From a virus, in the IMG/VR virus record IMGVR_UViG_3300045921_000146, positions 1 through 64,000 of that record: a stretch of 64,000 nt of DNA, one strand, 5' to 3'. Of this stretch, positions 1-11,202 are shown in pieces (position 1 is the stretch's first letter; each line of letters opens with the position of its first letter). Both the position numbers and the translations under genes were made by a program. Under the pieces are notes generated by a model. It did no database searches. It saw nothing but the letters and a program-made list of their open reading frames with translations, and was not told where the DNA came from.

Positions 1-2001
1 GGAGGAGTTATTTTTAATAACGACTTAGCTATCGGTTTTGGTTACAATTCAACTACTGGGGAGGTATCTTATAACTTTCCCGTAGATTTATTTGGAGTAG
101 CTCCTGGAGATGAATTTACAGACGGAGCGTCCAATACCTTTACTATTTTAGCTGTGGACGCTAAGAATAGCGTGATAACCATTCCTGAAGGTCAGACAGT
201 AAACACTACTCCTGGAGCAGGAGCAGGCGGATCTATTAGAAATGGAGCTACCACTTATCAAGGATTTAGAGCTTGGCAAAAAATACTGGGTAACGCCACT
301 AACTTAGCGGCGGACAGTATTACCGACAACAATCTCGATATTACCGTAGAGACTGGAGTGGCCGATCAGTTGTCAGCTAGAATACTTCTGGACAACAATC
401 AAGTATTCAAACCTTCGGAATACTCTACGGGAGATTTCTACCTTGTAGATTTCGCTAGTAACATTTGGGAAATTGTAGCTAATGATAGTAACACTATTAC
501 AACTTCAATTACTGCTGTAAACGACGCTTCTATTACTAGTGTAGCCGCCGGAGAATACAAGATCGTTAAACGTTTGTCTGGCACACAGTTAATTTTTAAT
601 AATAGTATTTTTACTATTCAATATAACAGTGACAGGACCTTATTTTCTGTAGGCGCACAGTTTAATCAAATCGGTACTATTGGCGACAAATTTGAAGTGG
701 CCATTTTACAAAACTCCGACGCTCGTTTAGGCGTAGCGGCAGATTTAATTAGTTACAGCCCTGGCACAGGTAAGGTTAGACTTAACGGCGCCCCTGATTT
801 GCAAGGAATCAGTAGCGACGACGTATTGATTGATAACACTGGGCAGATATTTAAAATTGTTGGCGTAGACAACATACCCAAACCAGCAGTAGATTATGCG
901 CAAACTAATTATAACGACGCAGTAATACTGCAAGGATCTGGATTAGGTTCTCAAGTTGCTCAAAAATTTCAAGTATTAGAAACTGATACTTACGCAGTAG
1001 TGAGTGCTTTTTTGAGAAGAGACGGTAATATTCTCGGCAACTTAACAGCTAGAATTGTAGAAGACGACGGTGCAGGATTGCCAGACCTGTCTACACCAGT
1101 TGCAGTATCAGAAATTATAAACGTAGTAAATGTAGGGACTGGAAGTTTTCAAAAAGTATTTTTTGGCTTCGTAGTGCCTCCAGTACTAAGTGCTGGGACA
1201 GATTATCATTTAGTTATTTCTACTGACGTAGCTTATTCAAACTCGGAACAAAGCGACGTAGTAGTTTTTGATAATACGGGGTTAGAAAGTTTTGCTTATT
1301 CCCCTATTACTGGAGTTGTTCAGTACGCAGGTCCAGTGAATTTAGCTCTTGCTCAGCCGGGCAATTTTTGGGTAGACAGCTCTGGAGATTTATACCCCAT
1401 CATAGCAGTAAATGACGCTGACGACACAGTTACAATTCCAGTAGGATTGACAGTAAACGACGCAACTCCTACAGTTTCTACTCATGGATCTATTGTAGCT
1501 AACGATAGAATTTTAGTAGGATTAGATACTTCTTCTCCAACTTATGCAGACGGAGAGTTTGCAGTATTTGACGGAGTGAGTCAATGGAGCAACTCTACTC
1601 AAGGTCCTAGCGATTTTACTAATAACCCATACCCCACTTTTCAGGGTAATACGTTTACTAATGCAGACATGATATTTTCTGTAGAAGGCACTAAAACTAT
1701 AACAGTTGAAAGTACTCTTACTCCCCAGTTAGGACCAAAAGCTACTATTAGCAGAAGGTACTACGACGACGAGCAGCAAATATCTTTAGTTGTAGGAATT
1801 TCATCTGGACTAATTACTCTAGCTTCTGATGTTAATGCTATAGGTATTGGTACAGTAGCTAGTGTTCCTAATAGAAAAGTTGATAACTTCGTATTTAGAA
1901 CGTCTAGGTTTGCAGATGATATCGTAAACTTAAGATTGAATGAAATACCTCAACTAAGACCAGAAGATATAGAAATAACTATTTTCGGAGGCATTGACTA
2001 A
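1..2001 (+). CDS. Baseplate/tail structural protein, 5'-partial (frame is open from base 1)
   Basis: No stop from position 1. Beta-rich, acidic, T/S/G-rich sequence. Lies directly upstream of a P2 gpI-like wedge gene with a TAATG overlap. Confidence 0.65.
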   Translation, partial: GGVIFNNDLAIGFGYNSTTGEVSYNFPVDLFGVAPGDEFTDGASNTFTILAVDAKNSVITIPEGQTVNTTPGAGAGGSIRNGATTYQGFRAWQKILGNATNLAADSITDNNLDITVETGVADQLSARILLDNNQVFKPSEYSTGDFYLVDFASNIWEIVANDSNTITTSITAVNDASITSVAAGEYKIVKRLSGTQLIFNNSIFTIQYNSDRTLFSVGAQFNQIGTIGDKFEVAILQNSDARLGVAADLISYSPGTGKVRLNGAPDLQGISSDDVLIDNTGQIFKIVGVDNIPKPAVDYAQTNYNDAVILQGSGLGSQVAQKFQVLETDTYAVVSAFLRRDGNILGNLTARIVEDDGAGLPDLSTPVAVSEIINVVNVGTGSFQKVFFGFVVPPVLSAGTDYHLVISTDVAYSNSEQSDVVVFDNTGLESFAYSPITGVVQYAGPVNLALAQPGNFWVDSSGDLYPIIAVNDADDTVTIPVGLTVNDATPTVSTHGSIVANDRILVGLDTSSPTYADGEFAVFDGVSQWSNSTQGPSDFTNNPYPTFQGNTFTNADMIFSVEGTKTITVESTLTPQLGPKATISRRYYDDEQQISLVVGISSGLITLASDVNAIGIGTVASVPNRKVDNFVFRTSRFADDIVNLRLNEIPQLRPEDIEITIFGGID

Positions 2002-3755
2002 TGGCTTTAGCGAGAAACTTTAAAGCTCAAACTGGCACCCAAAATACCATAAGGTTAAACTGGGACCAACCTCTAAATTTTAACGATTCTACGCAAGAGT
2101 TAATTGTAACTAAAACAATTACTCATTTTCCGGTAGAGCTGTTCAACCCAGATTTCCCGAACAGAGCTACTGACCCTAGACCAGTTGAAATTTTTAGAGG
2201 GCAAACAGTAGTGGGCACAGATCCTTTAACTATTTCAGTTTCTGGAAACGTGCTTACTGATACGGCGGCTAGTTTCTCGACTAACCCAAGCCTAAAAGGT
2301 AGATTACTTAGAGACTCAAACTCTAAAGTTCATAGAATAGTAGCTAATACCGCTACTACACTTACTTTAGACGGACCTCCGGCATTAGGAATATACGTAG
2401 TTTTACCTGATTTTTCTGAAAGCCTTAGAGTACAAGAAAACTACGAATTTGACGTTAGAACTACAGCGTCAGCAGGACTTGTATCTAACTTAGTTATTTC
2501 AATTAACGGCTCACTACAAGTAAAAAACTTCGTACCAGGAGAATTAGCTAACTTAATTTTTATGGACGCAGGAGGAACTAAATACGTAATTAAGTCTAAC
2601 GACTCTACTAACGTTTACCTCTATTCCGCCAGCACTCCAGTAATCGGAGTTGGAATGGCAATATTGAATAAGTTTTTCCAAGGCTCCCCGTTACCTTACG
2701 TTGATAACTTTCTCACTGAACAGGAAGCTGCTAGTAGAGAAGGTTCAGGACTACTAAACAATACTTTTTATTACTACACAGTTTTTAGTAAACCTATAAA
2801 TACTAACGTGGCTCAAGCTGATTATGCGACTACAGATAGCGGAGTTAGTACACAAGCGGTAGCTATTAGTTCAGACGAAACCAGAATGAGTAATTTGCTT
2901 TACCAACTTTGGCCTTCTTTGGACCGAGAACTGGACACTACTGGAGACCTCGAAGACTTGATGAAAGTTTTCTCTTTTCAGTTGAACGAAGTGTACGCCT
3001 TAATTGATTCTTACAACCTTCAAGACCCTGATAATGTATTAGTCACCGCACTACTGCCCTTATCAGAGCAGACTGGACTTCCTTCTGTAGGATTTTCTAT
3101 AGGAGCAGATACTCTAAGAAGAATCGCTAGAGATATGATTAGTGCTTGGAAACTTAAAGGTAGTAAAGAGGGTATAGCTCTTTTTATTAAGATTATTACC
3201 ACTTGGGACATTACCAACGGTACAGCAGATTTTGGGGCGGCTATACAAGACTTTCTACCAAACGTAGAAGCTTTGAGATTTTTCGACCCTAATTTAGGTT
3301 CTCTGAACACTAGAATTACTCAAACTGACCCTTTTGTTGCTGGAGGCAGGTTTGCTAAGTCTCTACCTGGAATAGTAATCCCAGGTTTTTTCACCTTTAG
3401 GGAGTTCGTAATTGATATCCCTAACGTGGCGCTCTACGAAGGTACTAGCGAGGCTTTTACTTCAGGCGTAGGCGAGACAACGCTAATAGACTTGAGCCAA
3501 AATTTCGGGCCCATAGACAGTTTAGTAGGCAATTTTCTTCTACCTAATACAGAAGAAGTAAATGATATTTTTGAAATTATAGGAAATACTTCCACCACAA
3601 TTACTGTTCGAGGAAGTATAAATAATAAAACTCCGGGTGGAGACTACGCAGTATTGTCTCCGCTAAACACAAACAGGTTTCAAATCTTAAACAAACTCTT
3701 GTCTTCTTATATTCCATTTGGAACACGAGCCGGTTTTAGATTCATTATTATTTAA
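2001..3755 (+). CDS. Baseplate wedge protein with P2 gpI-like domain
   Basis: LYQLWPSLDRELD..GDLEDLMKVF..DPD..LLPL..RRIARDMISAWKLKGSKEGI resembles Tail_P2_I; ends in a YIPFGT motif. Confidence 0.7.
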   Translation: MALARNFKAQTGTQNTIRLNWDQPLNFNDSTQELIVTKTITHFPVELFNPDFPNRATDPRPVEIFRGQTVVGTDPLTISVSGNVLTDTAASFSTNPSLKGRLLRDSNSKVHRIVANTATTLTLDGPPALGIYVVLPDFSESLRVQENYEFDVRTTASAGLVSNLVISINGSLQVKNFVPGELANLIFMDAGGTKYVIKSNDSTNVYLYSASTPVIGVGMAILNKFFQGSPLPYVDNFLTEQEAASREGSGLLNNTFYYYTVFSKPINTNVAQADYATTDSGVSTQAVAISSDETRMSNLLYQLWPSLDRELDTTGDLEDLMKVFSFQLNEVYALIDSYNLQDPDNVLVTALLPLSEQTGLPSVGFSIGADTLRRIARDMISAWKLKGSKEGIALFIKIITTWDITNGTADFGAAIQDFLPNVEALRFFDPNLGSLNTRITQTDPFVAGGRFAKSLPGIVIPGFFTFREFVIDIPNVALYEGTSEAFTSGVGETTLIDLSQNFGPIDSLVGNFLLPNTEEVNDIFEIIGNTSTTITVRGSINNKTPGGDYAVLSPLNTNRFQILNKLLSSYIPFGTRAGFRFIII

Positions 3756-3767
3756 AGAGGATATACA

Positions 3768-6700
3768 ATGGCCTTAAGATTTAATACTTTCAGATCTCAA
3801 AGATACCTAAGATCTAAGTTCGTAGAAGGGAAGTTTTTACTTGCTTCTGAAGGAACAGATTTGCAGCTTGAGATTTTGGACTTATTTAGACAACAGACAA
3901 AAGCTCTGTTTGGAGAAGCGGTCGCAGTAGAAGAAGCCTGGAAAGTGGAAAGGCTGAACAACAATCAGTTGCTTATCAAACCTGGAGAAGCTTGGATACA
4001 AGGTTTACCTTTCTCTATGCGAGGAGGTAAAGACCAATTAGTTTCCGGTTCTACTTTAGTTATTGGTACAGTACCAGTAGGAGTTAACGTAGCGGACGAC
4101 GCTACAGGTTTAGGTAAAGTTTTAACCTTTGAGTTAGGCACTACTCCATCTAATTTATATAGAGTTGTAGTTACTGCTAGAGAAGAGTTAATTACTGACA
4201 TTCAAGACCCATTCTTAAAGAATGTTAACCTTACAGAATCTACTCAACAAAAACTAAGAATCGTATTTCAATTAAACATAGTACCCGAGAATACTCAAGA
4301 CGAGTCTCCCATTCCTTACAGAAATGAAGCTTCGGTAGGAGTTGATCCCAGTTTGACACCTACTAATTTCCCAGGGACTGGCAATGACGCACAACCTAAT
4401 TTCGTTAATAAAATTAAAATTGAACCTACGTTAGGCGTAGGGCAACTTTTGAGTATTATTAATTTAACTGGTACGGAAGCTATTGACGGTAAAAACCTTG
4501 AGCTTATTATTGCTAACCCTTTAAATAATAACCCTATTCCGCAATCTCCAGGAACTCAAGTAGCTTTTAGTAACGGGCGGTTGATTGATAGTAACGGAAC
4601 AGAATTTCACATAAATTTCATCACTAACGATGCGGTAGGCGGCCAAGTAAAAATAGTAATTGACAAAGAGTTTCAACAACCAGACCCAGTAATTGACGCT
4701 CCAGGCGGTAGACCTTACTTTATTATTAAAAGAGATGTCTACGCTACTGACGACGTAAATGGAATACCTCAAGGTACTGCTCACTGGCCCGTAGCCACTG
4801 TAGAGTGGGACGATACTGATGGATTTGTCCACGAATCATCCATTACAGATTTAAGAAAGCAGATTGTCAGCCAATCTGAATTGCAAAGTACTCTCCCTAA
4901 CAAGCTAGATTTATTTATGGTAGGAGGAGGACAGATTAGTTGGGACGCAGGTCTACATACTGTAGATTGGACGGATGATGTAAAACTAGTAAATCCGTAC
5001 ACGCCAATACAAACTGTACCAGCAGGATCAGAAAAGATTCTGGACGGCGGAGCTATAGTATATAAAATGGACTTAGTTAACGGCGGAGTTATTACTCAAG
5101 GTACTTTAGCTATTTCATCTACAAGTTCTGGTACAACTATTAGTTTAACTGGAGCGCCGAACCTAAGTTCAGTAACAGTTGGAAACTTAGTAGCTGACGA
5201 TAACGGAGACGTAGCTGCAGTAGTGTCAGTAGACAATATAAACAAAGTACTCGTAATAGATTCTGCTTTGAGTTTTACTGCTGGTGGCGAAATTCACCTA
5301 GACAGCTACGCACCTAATACCGTAAAAAAATCTCTTACCAACTTTGTATTTGCGGTACGAGAAGGAAGTAAAATCTACTTAGGTTTAGACGGACTGGAGT
5401 TAGAAGACGGAGAGACGAGCCAAATTGGAGACGGAGTATCTGTTCAACTACTGACTTATATTGGAACACCTTCAGAGTCCGAACCTTCTCCAGATTATAC
5501 TTCTAACGTTTACGTTGCAGATGGCGACAGCCTTACTACAGCTATTGGTAAACTAGATGCGGCTTTAGACACACTAGAAACTAGCGTAAGTAACATTCAA
5601 TGGAAAGCTCCAGTAGCGGACGAAGCTTCTCTACCTCTATTAGGAAATGTAGACGGAGATGTGCGACTCGTATTAGATAATCGAGTAGCTTACACTTGGG
5701 TAGATGCAGACTCAGAATGGCTCCCCATTTCAGGAGCAGGCGGAGGAATCGTAAAAGTAAAATTTTACGACCCATTCTCCACTGCCCTGCCAACTGGAAC
5801 CTCTATTACCATTGACGGAGTAGCCGGTCAGAATGGCGACACAGTCCTATTTTCTAATTTAACTTCAGGCAATAACAGAGTTTATGAATTATCTGGAGTT
5901 GGCGTAAGTTTAGTTTGGACTCCCTTAAAGTTATTTAATAACGATTTTTCTCCTGTTCAAGGCGATTCTGTACGAATCACTCACGGAGATATCTACGGCT
6001 TCCAGTTAGCAGTATTTAACGGCACTACTTTTGATATCAACGATTTTGTAAGATATTTTGATACTACTTCTGGAAACTTCTGGGAGCAAAGCAGTTTAAA
6101 AACTAAAACGTTGAACAACGACCAAACAGACGTTCTAGACGATGAAATATTTACTGTAGGCTACGTAGGATCTGAAAATATTATAATGGACTACTCTATT
6201 ATTAGAGGTTCTACAAAAGCGGTAGGTACTTTGCATATAGTTACTGACGGTACTGACGTTAGTATTTCTGATACTTCAGCTTTTATTTTAGATACTGGAG
6301 TAGATTTTGAGGCTTACATAGATGGTACAGATCTAGTATTGAGTTATTTATCTACTGATACTGGAGACACGGCTTTACTTAAGTATTCAGTTAAACGTTG
6401 GTCAGATCAAGCAGGAGGCCCTAGCGGAATCCCTGATTACTCTGTAGACATTCCAAATTCCAACACGCCTGCTGCCGGAGCAATCGGAGACGTACAATTT
6501 CATGGAAGTTTAGGAAATCTAGCAGCCGACGTTAAGTTTAAGTGGAGCACCGCAGACTCATCTATTAACCTAAATGGTTTAAGAATAGCTGCTTTGTCGG
6601 ACAATTTTATTTTAAGTAATAACCAAACTTCACCAACTACTATTTTTAGTTACTCAGCTACCACTTACAAACACGCAATTATCGAATACTCGGCTGAGAG

Positions 6701-6902
6701 AAACGGAGAGTATAGAACAGGAAGACTTTTAGTTTCTAATGGAACTTCTGGCACCCCTGGATTTTCTGACGATTTTGTGGACACTGCAGCTTTAGGCATT
6801 ACTTTGAGTGCCGAAGTTTCAGGAGGAGATGTGTTGATTCGTTATACGACTACGAATACTGGATTTAGTGCTAATTTTAAATACTCCATAAGAAGGTGGT
6901 AA
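3768..6902 (+). CDS. Tail fibre/baseplate-attached fibre protein (1044 aa)
   Basis: N-terminal FVEGKFLLASEGTDLQ baseplate-anchor-like motif, a short coiled segment, and two C-terminal beta repeats. Confidence 0.7.
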   Translation: MALRFNTFRSQRYLRSKFVEGKFLLASEGTDLQLEILDLFRQQTKALFGEAVAVEEAWKVERLNNNQLLIKPGEAWIQGLPFSMRGGKDQLVSGSTLVIGTVPVGVNVADDATGLGKVLTFELGTTPSNLYRVVVTAREELITDIQDPFLKNVNLTESTQQKLRIVFQLNIVPENTQDESPIPYRNEASVGVDPSLTPTNFPGTGNDAQPNFVNKIKIEPTLGVGQLLSIINLTGTEAIDGKNLELIIANPLNNNPIPQSPGTQVAFSNGRLIDSNGTEFHINFITNDAVGGQVKIVIDKEFQQPDPVIDAPGGRPYFIIKRDVYATDDVNGIPQGTAHWPVATVEWDDTDGFVHESSITDLRKQIVSQSELQSTLPNKLDLFMVGGGQISWDAGLHTVDWTDDVKLVNPYTPIQTVPAGSEKILDGGAIVYKMDLVNGGVITQGTLAISSTSSGTTISLTGAPNLSSVTVGNLVADDNGDVAAVVSVDNINKVLVIDSALSFTAGGEIHLDSYAPNTVKKSLTNFVFAVREGSKIYLGLDGLELEDGETSQIGDGVSVQLLTYIGTPSESEPSPDYTSNVYVADGDSLTTAIGKLDAALDTLETSVSNIQWKAPVADEASLPLLGNVDGDVRLVLDNRVAYTWVDADSEWLPISGAGGGIVKVKFYDPFSTALPTGTSITIDGVAGQNGDTVLFSNLTSGNNRVYELSGVGVSLVWTPLKLFNNDFSPVQGDSVRITHGDIYGFQLAVFNGTTFDINDFVRYFDTTSGNFWEQSSLKTKTLNNDQTDVLDDEIFTVGYVGSENIIMDYSIIRGSTKAVGTLHIVTDGTDVSISDTSAFILDTGVDFEAYIDGTDLVLSYLSTDTGDTALLKYSVKRWSDQAGGPSGIPDYSVDIPNSNTPAAGAIGDVQFHGSLGNLAADVKFKWSTADSSINLNGLRIAALSDNFILSNNQTSPTTIFSYSATTYKHAIIEYSAERNGEYRTGRLLVSNGTSGTPGFSDDFVDTAALGITLSAEVSGGDVLIRYTTTNTGFSANFKYSIRRW

Positions 6903-6906
6903 CATA

Positions 6907-8880
6907 ATGAGTGCAAAATTAAATTTATCAGGCCCGTTAGTTTTGGGGCGGCTCGCTGCCGACCCCTCTAACCCTCAGCCAGGTATGCTGTATTACAATA
7001 CGGCCCAAAACGTATTTAGATTTTACCAGAACACTAGTTGGATCGACGTTAACGCAGCAGAGATTAACGAGCACATCGTACACCAATTGGCAGACCCAAC
7101 TAACGGAGCCCACGCAGCTTCCGAGATAGATTTTAGCCCTACTGGTTTACTAAACGTAAGTCAAGATGACGTACAAGGCGCTGTAGCAGATTTAGACGCT
7201 GCTATTGGCGCTTTACCTGGAGCGCCCTCAAACTACACTCCAGTAGACCCTGACGTAGTAGCTTCACATTTAGAAGCTATTGATACCGCTCTAGCAACTT
7301 CAGGAAGCACAGAGTTTTCTGACGCCGATTTTAGAATTGAAGACGACGTAGATGACACTAAAAAAATCGCTTTTCAGGCTTCTGGTATAGCTACAGGTAC
7401 AACTCGTACAATTACCATGCCAAATACTGACGTGGATCTTGGAGACATTGCCATATCTCTTAAGAGCGGCGGCCAAGTTCCAATGGAGCACGACACTTGG
7501 TTTAGTGCTTTAGATTCGAGTGATGCTGCCCAAGATTTATTTAAGTTAAATCCAGACGATCAAATGCAACTTGCTGTAGATCTTCATTTAGGTGAGAATA
7601 ACTTACGAAGAGTTAACTTAATAACCGACACTGATGATGTTGATGTTATTGACCTCGGTGGTCGAGCTTTAATGTCAGGACCTAATACCAAGTTATCTTG
7701 GGGCGCACCGGCTGAAATTGACGTACATTCTAGCCAAATTATCAATGTTTTAGACCCCACTGCAGACCAGCACGCTGCTACTAAAAAATACGTTGACGAT
7801 GAAATTGCCGCTATTCCTGTAGCGACTCCTGAATTTAGCGACGCAGATTTTAGAATACAAAATGACACTGACGCTACAAAAGAAGTAGCTTTTGACGTTT
7901 CTGCAGTAGATACAAATACTACTCGCACCATTACAATGCCAGACGCAGACGTTGATTTGGGTTTGATTGCTTCAGCTATACAGTCTTCAGAAAAGGGAGT
8001 AGCTAACGGAGTAGCGTCTCTTGACGGCAATGGTAAGGTTCCTTTGTCCCAGCTTCCTAACTCTATTATGGAGTATAAGGGCGTATGGAATGCGACCACT
8101 AACACGCCAGCCCTTGCTGACGGAGCAGGAAACCCCGACACAGCTATAGGAGACGTTTATCGAGTAACTACCGCAGGTACTCAGAATTTAGGTTCTGGTA
8201 ACATTACTTTTGAAGTTGGCGACTACGTAATTCTTAACGACAGTAAAGTATGGGAAAAAGCTCAAACTTCAGAAATCGTTGGTGGAGTTTCTTCTGTTAA
8301 CGGAGACGTTGGGGACGTAGTACTTAGTTCTTCAGATTTAGACCATACTCAAGCAAATACAGCAAACTGGACCATCTCAGACGGAAGCCCTATTTCAGGA
8401 CATTTAGAAGAACTTGCATCTAGAGCTAAAACACTAGAAGACGCTGGTTATATTACAGAAGTTGTTGAAGACACCACTCCTCAATTAGGTGGAGATTTAG
8501 ATCTTAACGACCAAGCTGTTCTTGGAATATTGAAACGTGGAGCTTCTGCTTCCGCTTTAGTACAAGAAGAATACGTAGACGCAGTCACTCTTTCTGCTTC
8601 TCAAACTAATACAGTAGCTTCAGGTTTAAGTTTTGCGGTAGCTGATTTTGAAGGCGCAGAAATTACTTATAAAATTAAATCTAACGGAGAAGTTCGTATT
8701 GGTACTCTGAGAGTAGTTACTGACGGTACTGCAGCTTTCTTACAAGATATGTATTCTGAAACAGACGATATTGATATGTCGTTTAGTGCAGACGTTAATT
8801 CTGGTAACGTTAGAATTTTATATACTTCTGGCAGTAACGCTGGAACTATGCGTGCAGACGTTAAAAGATTTAGAGTTTAA
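6907..8880 (+). CDS. Tail fibre protein with internal repeat
   Basis: Fibre motifs AATKKYVD, GVASLDGNGKVP and TPQLGGDLD; duplicated EFSDADFRI..TRTITMP..DVDLG block. Confidence 0.75.
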   Translation: MSAKLNLSGPLVLGRLAADPSNPQPGMLYYNTAQNVFRFYQNTSWIDVNAAEINEHIVHQLADPTNGAHAASEIDFSPTGLLNVSQDDVQGAVADLDAAIGALPGAPSNYTPVDPDVVASHLEAIDTALATSGSTEFSDADFRIEDDVDDTKKIAFQASGIATGTTRTITMPNTDVDLGDIAISLKSGGQVPMEHDTWFSALDSSDAAQDLFKLNPDDQMQLAVDLHLGENNLRRVNLITDTDDVDVIDLGGRALMSGPNTKLSWGAPAEIDVHSSQIINVLDPTADQHAATKKYVDDEIAAIPVATPEFSDADFRIQNDTDATKEVAFDVSAVDTNTTRTITMPDADVDLGLIASAIQSSEKGVANGVASLDGNGKVPLSQLPNSIMEYKGVWNATTNTPALADGAGNPDTAIGDVYRVTTAGTQNLGSGNITFEVGDYVILNDSKVWEKAQTSEIVGGVSSVNGDVGDVVLSSSDLDHTQANTANWTISDGSPISGHLEELASRAKTLEDAGYITEVVEDTTPQLGGDLDLNDQAVLGILKRGASASALVQEEYVDAVTLSASQTNTVASGLSFAVADFEGAEITYKIKSNGEVRIGTLRVVTDGTAAFLQDMYSETDDIDMSFSADVNSGNVRILYTSGSNAGTMRADVKRFRV

Positions 8881-8919
8881 TAACTATTCATCCAAGGATA
8901 GGGAATTGGAGATATAATA

Positions 8920-11202
8920 ATGTCAGGTAACAGTTTTCTTAAAATTAACAAGGGGCTTACTCTTAAGCCCCAAAGTGCGGAACCTACAAACCCTACTGAC
9001 GGCGCTATTTATTACGACGAACAATTAGGTAGAGGTAGAATTTATACTAATGGAGCCTGGAGAGATTTAGGCTCGGGCGGAGGAAGCGGAGGAAAGAACT
9101 ATTTTGAATCTGACTCTGCTGACTTTGAAACTTTGAGCATAGGCAACTGGCAATCTTCAAACGCAGGCTTAGCATTATCTGCTACTACTGTAACTGCTGA
9201 AATACTTGCTGGTAGTGCTTCTTTAAAGCTCGTTAAAGACGCAGCTAATAGAAATAACCAGTACATTAGTTTAGAGTCTTTGCCTATTGACCAAACAGAT
9301 AGAGGCAAGGTTCTTTTTGGTAGTTTTGCTTATAAAACTATCTCTGGTTATGTAAATGGCGACTTAGTTTTAGAGGTTTTTGATGTTACCAACTCTGTCG
9401 TTCTCTATTCAGGGCCAGCAGAAAATTTAAGTATCCTTAACGGATCAGGCCGTTTTGATTTTACTGCGGCTACCGAATTGACTACTGAGCAAGTTGAGCT
9501 TCGACTTAAAGTAGCAAACACAAATACAAACACGTTCACTATTGTTTTTGACGAGTTCAGACTTGGCCCTGCGGCAAGTGTTAATGTTGAGACTAGGACA
9601 AATTGGCAAAGTGTACCAAATCCGGCCTCTTTAATTAAAGCTACAGTAACAAACCCAACAACCGCCACGCCAGTAATGAAATGGCGGAGAATTGGCTCAG
9701 ATTTACTCCTAGAATTTAGTTATAACCATTCTTCCGCTCAAACTGCCGGATCTGGGGTTTATGAGATCGAACTTCCTTTTGGCTTAAGTTCTAACAGGCT
9801 TAGTACAGGACTACCTTTTATTCATGTGGGTAATGGTGCTATTAGCGCAGGTGTATCTAATGCAATTGACGTAACCGTACAGTTAAATAACGCCAATAGG
9901 CTACGATTTTTACTTGGTAACAGCACTACGGGCCAAACTTATTGGGAGTCAGCAAACGCAACTTATAATTTTGGGGTTACCGCTTTAAGGCTTAATTTTC
10001 AGGTAAGGGTTCCTGATATAGTTGGCTGGGACGTAAATCAAGTCCTCACCACAAACGAGCTGGGGTTGCAGGCAGGTGCTTTCAGGGCGAGTAGGAATGG
10101 CTCTAACCAGACTGTAGGCCCCAATAACTCAGGTATTAAAATTTTATTCAACTCTGTTAGTGCGCCGACAGACTATCAAAAGGGCCTAACCTATGACGCT
10201 GCAAACTCAAGGTTTGTTCACAAGGGACCTCCTGCAACGTATAATTTTGCTGGTTCCCTATCAATATCAAGCGGAACAAATGTTCTTGCTAATGGTTATT
10301 TTGCAGAAATCAGAGTTAATAATTCTTCTACGGCCAGGATTCTTGGTACAGAAGTAAAAGCGACGGCAGGTGTGGGTTTTACTCTAAATGTGTCAGGGGT
10401 AGTAAATTTAATAAACGATGATGTTGTAGAAATGTTCCTCTATGGTCGAGGTAATAACTCTAGCAGTCAAATTACAGTAAGTGGTGCAGCAATTGAGACT
10501 TATTTTTCCGGCTACAGGCTCCCCGACTTCACCGTCCTGGGAGCAGTCAGATCGCCTGGCACTTATGTAGAAGGACAAACCGAATACTTTACTAGTTCTG
10601 GCACATGGACAAAGCCTGCTGGACTTAAAGCGGTTGAGGTTGAAGTTGTTGGTGGTGGTGGAAGTGGTGGTGGAGCACAAGCAACTGGAGCCTCAGCCGT
10701 GGCTGAGGCTGGGGCTGGTGGTGGTGGCGGTTTTGCAAGAAAATTTATTCTTGCCTCTGCCCTTGGCAATACTGAGACAGTAACCGTAGGAGCCGCTGGA
10801 GCGGCGGCTTCAGCAGGAGCCGATGGAAACGGTGGTGGCACAAGTTCTTTTGGCGCACACTGCTCTGCAACTGGGGGAGCTGGCGGTACTGCGGGAACAG
10901 CCAGTTCTGGAAATGTTATTGCTGCTGGCGGCTCGGGCGGATCTGGCTCGGGTGGCAATTTAAATTTTTCAGGGTCTAGGGGCATCATAGGAAAGGTAGT
11001 TGGTGGAGTATTGCAACTGAACAATGTTTCATCTACTTCTTTTTATTCACAGACTACTTATACCACAGCCTCAAACACTAACGGGACGACCCCAGAAGGA
11101 TTTGGTGGGGGGTCAAGTGGAGCAAGAAATGCTTCTAGCCAATCCGCAAGGGCGAGTACGGCTGGCGCACCAGGAATCGTCATAATTAAGGAGTATTTCT
11201 AA
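8920..11202 (+). CDS. Distal tail fibre/receptor-binding protein with C1q-like segment and Gly-rich C-terminus
   Basis: FTSSGTWTKPAG..VEVVGGGGSGG Gly-rich domain ending GIVIIKEYF; followed by a chaperone-like gene. Confidence 0.75.
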   Translation: MSGNSFLKINKGLTLKPQSAEPTNPTDGAIYYDEQLGRGRIYTNGAWRDLGSGGGSGGKNYFESDSADFETLSIGNWQSSNAGLALSATTVTAEILAGSASLKLVKDAANRNNQYISLESLPIDQTDRGKVLFGSFAYKTISGYVNGDLVLEVFDVTNSVVLYSGPAENLSILNGSGRFDFTAATELTTEQVELRLKVANTNTNTFTIVFDEFRLGPAASVNVETRTNWQSVPNPASLIKATVTNPTTATPVMKWRRIGSDLLLEFSYNHSSAQTAGSGVYEIELPFGLSSNRLSTGLPFIHVGNGAISAGVSNAIDVTVQLNNANRLRFLLGNSTTGQTYWESANATYNFGVTALRLNFQVRVPDIVGWDVNQVLTTNELGLQAGAFRASRNGSNQTVGPNNSGIKILFNSVSAPTDYQKGLTYDAANSRFVHKGPPATYNFAGSLSISSGTNVLANGYFAEIRVNNSSTARILGTEVKATAGVGFTLNVSGVVNLINDDVVEMFLYGRGNNSSSQITVSGAAIETYFSGYRLPDFTVLGAVRSPGTYVEGQTEYFTSSGTWTKPAGLKAVEVEVVGGGGSGGGAQATGASAVAEAGAGGGGGFARKFILASALGNTETVTVGAAGAAASAGADGNGGGTSSFGAHCSATGGAGGTAGTASSGNVIAAGGSGGSGSGGNLNFSGSRGIIGKVVGGVLQLNNVSSTSFYSQTTYTTASNTNGTTPEGFGGGSSGARNASSQSARASTAGAPGIVIIKEYF

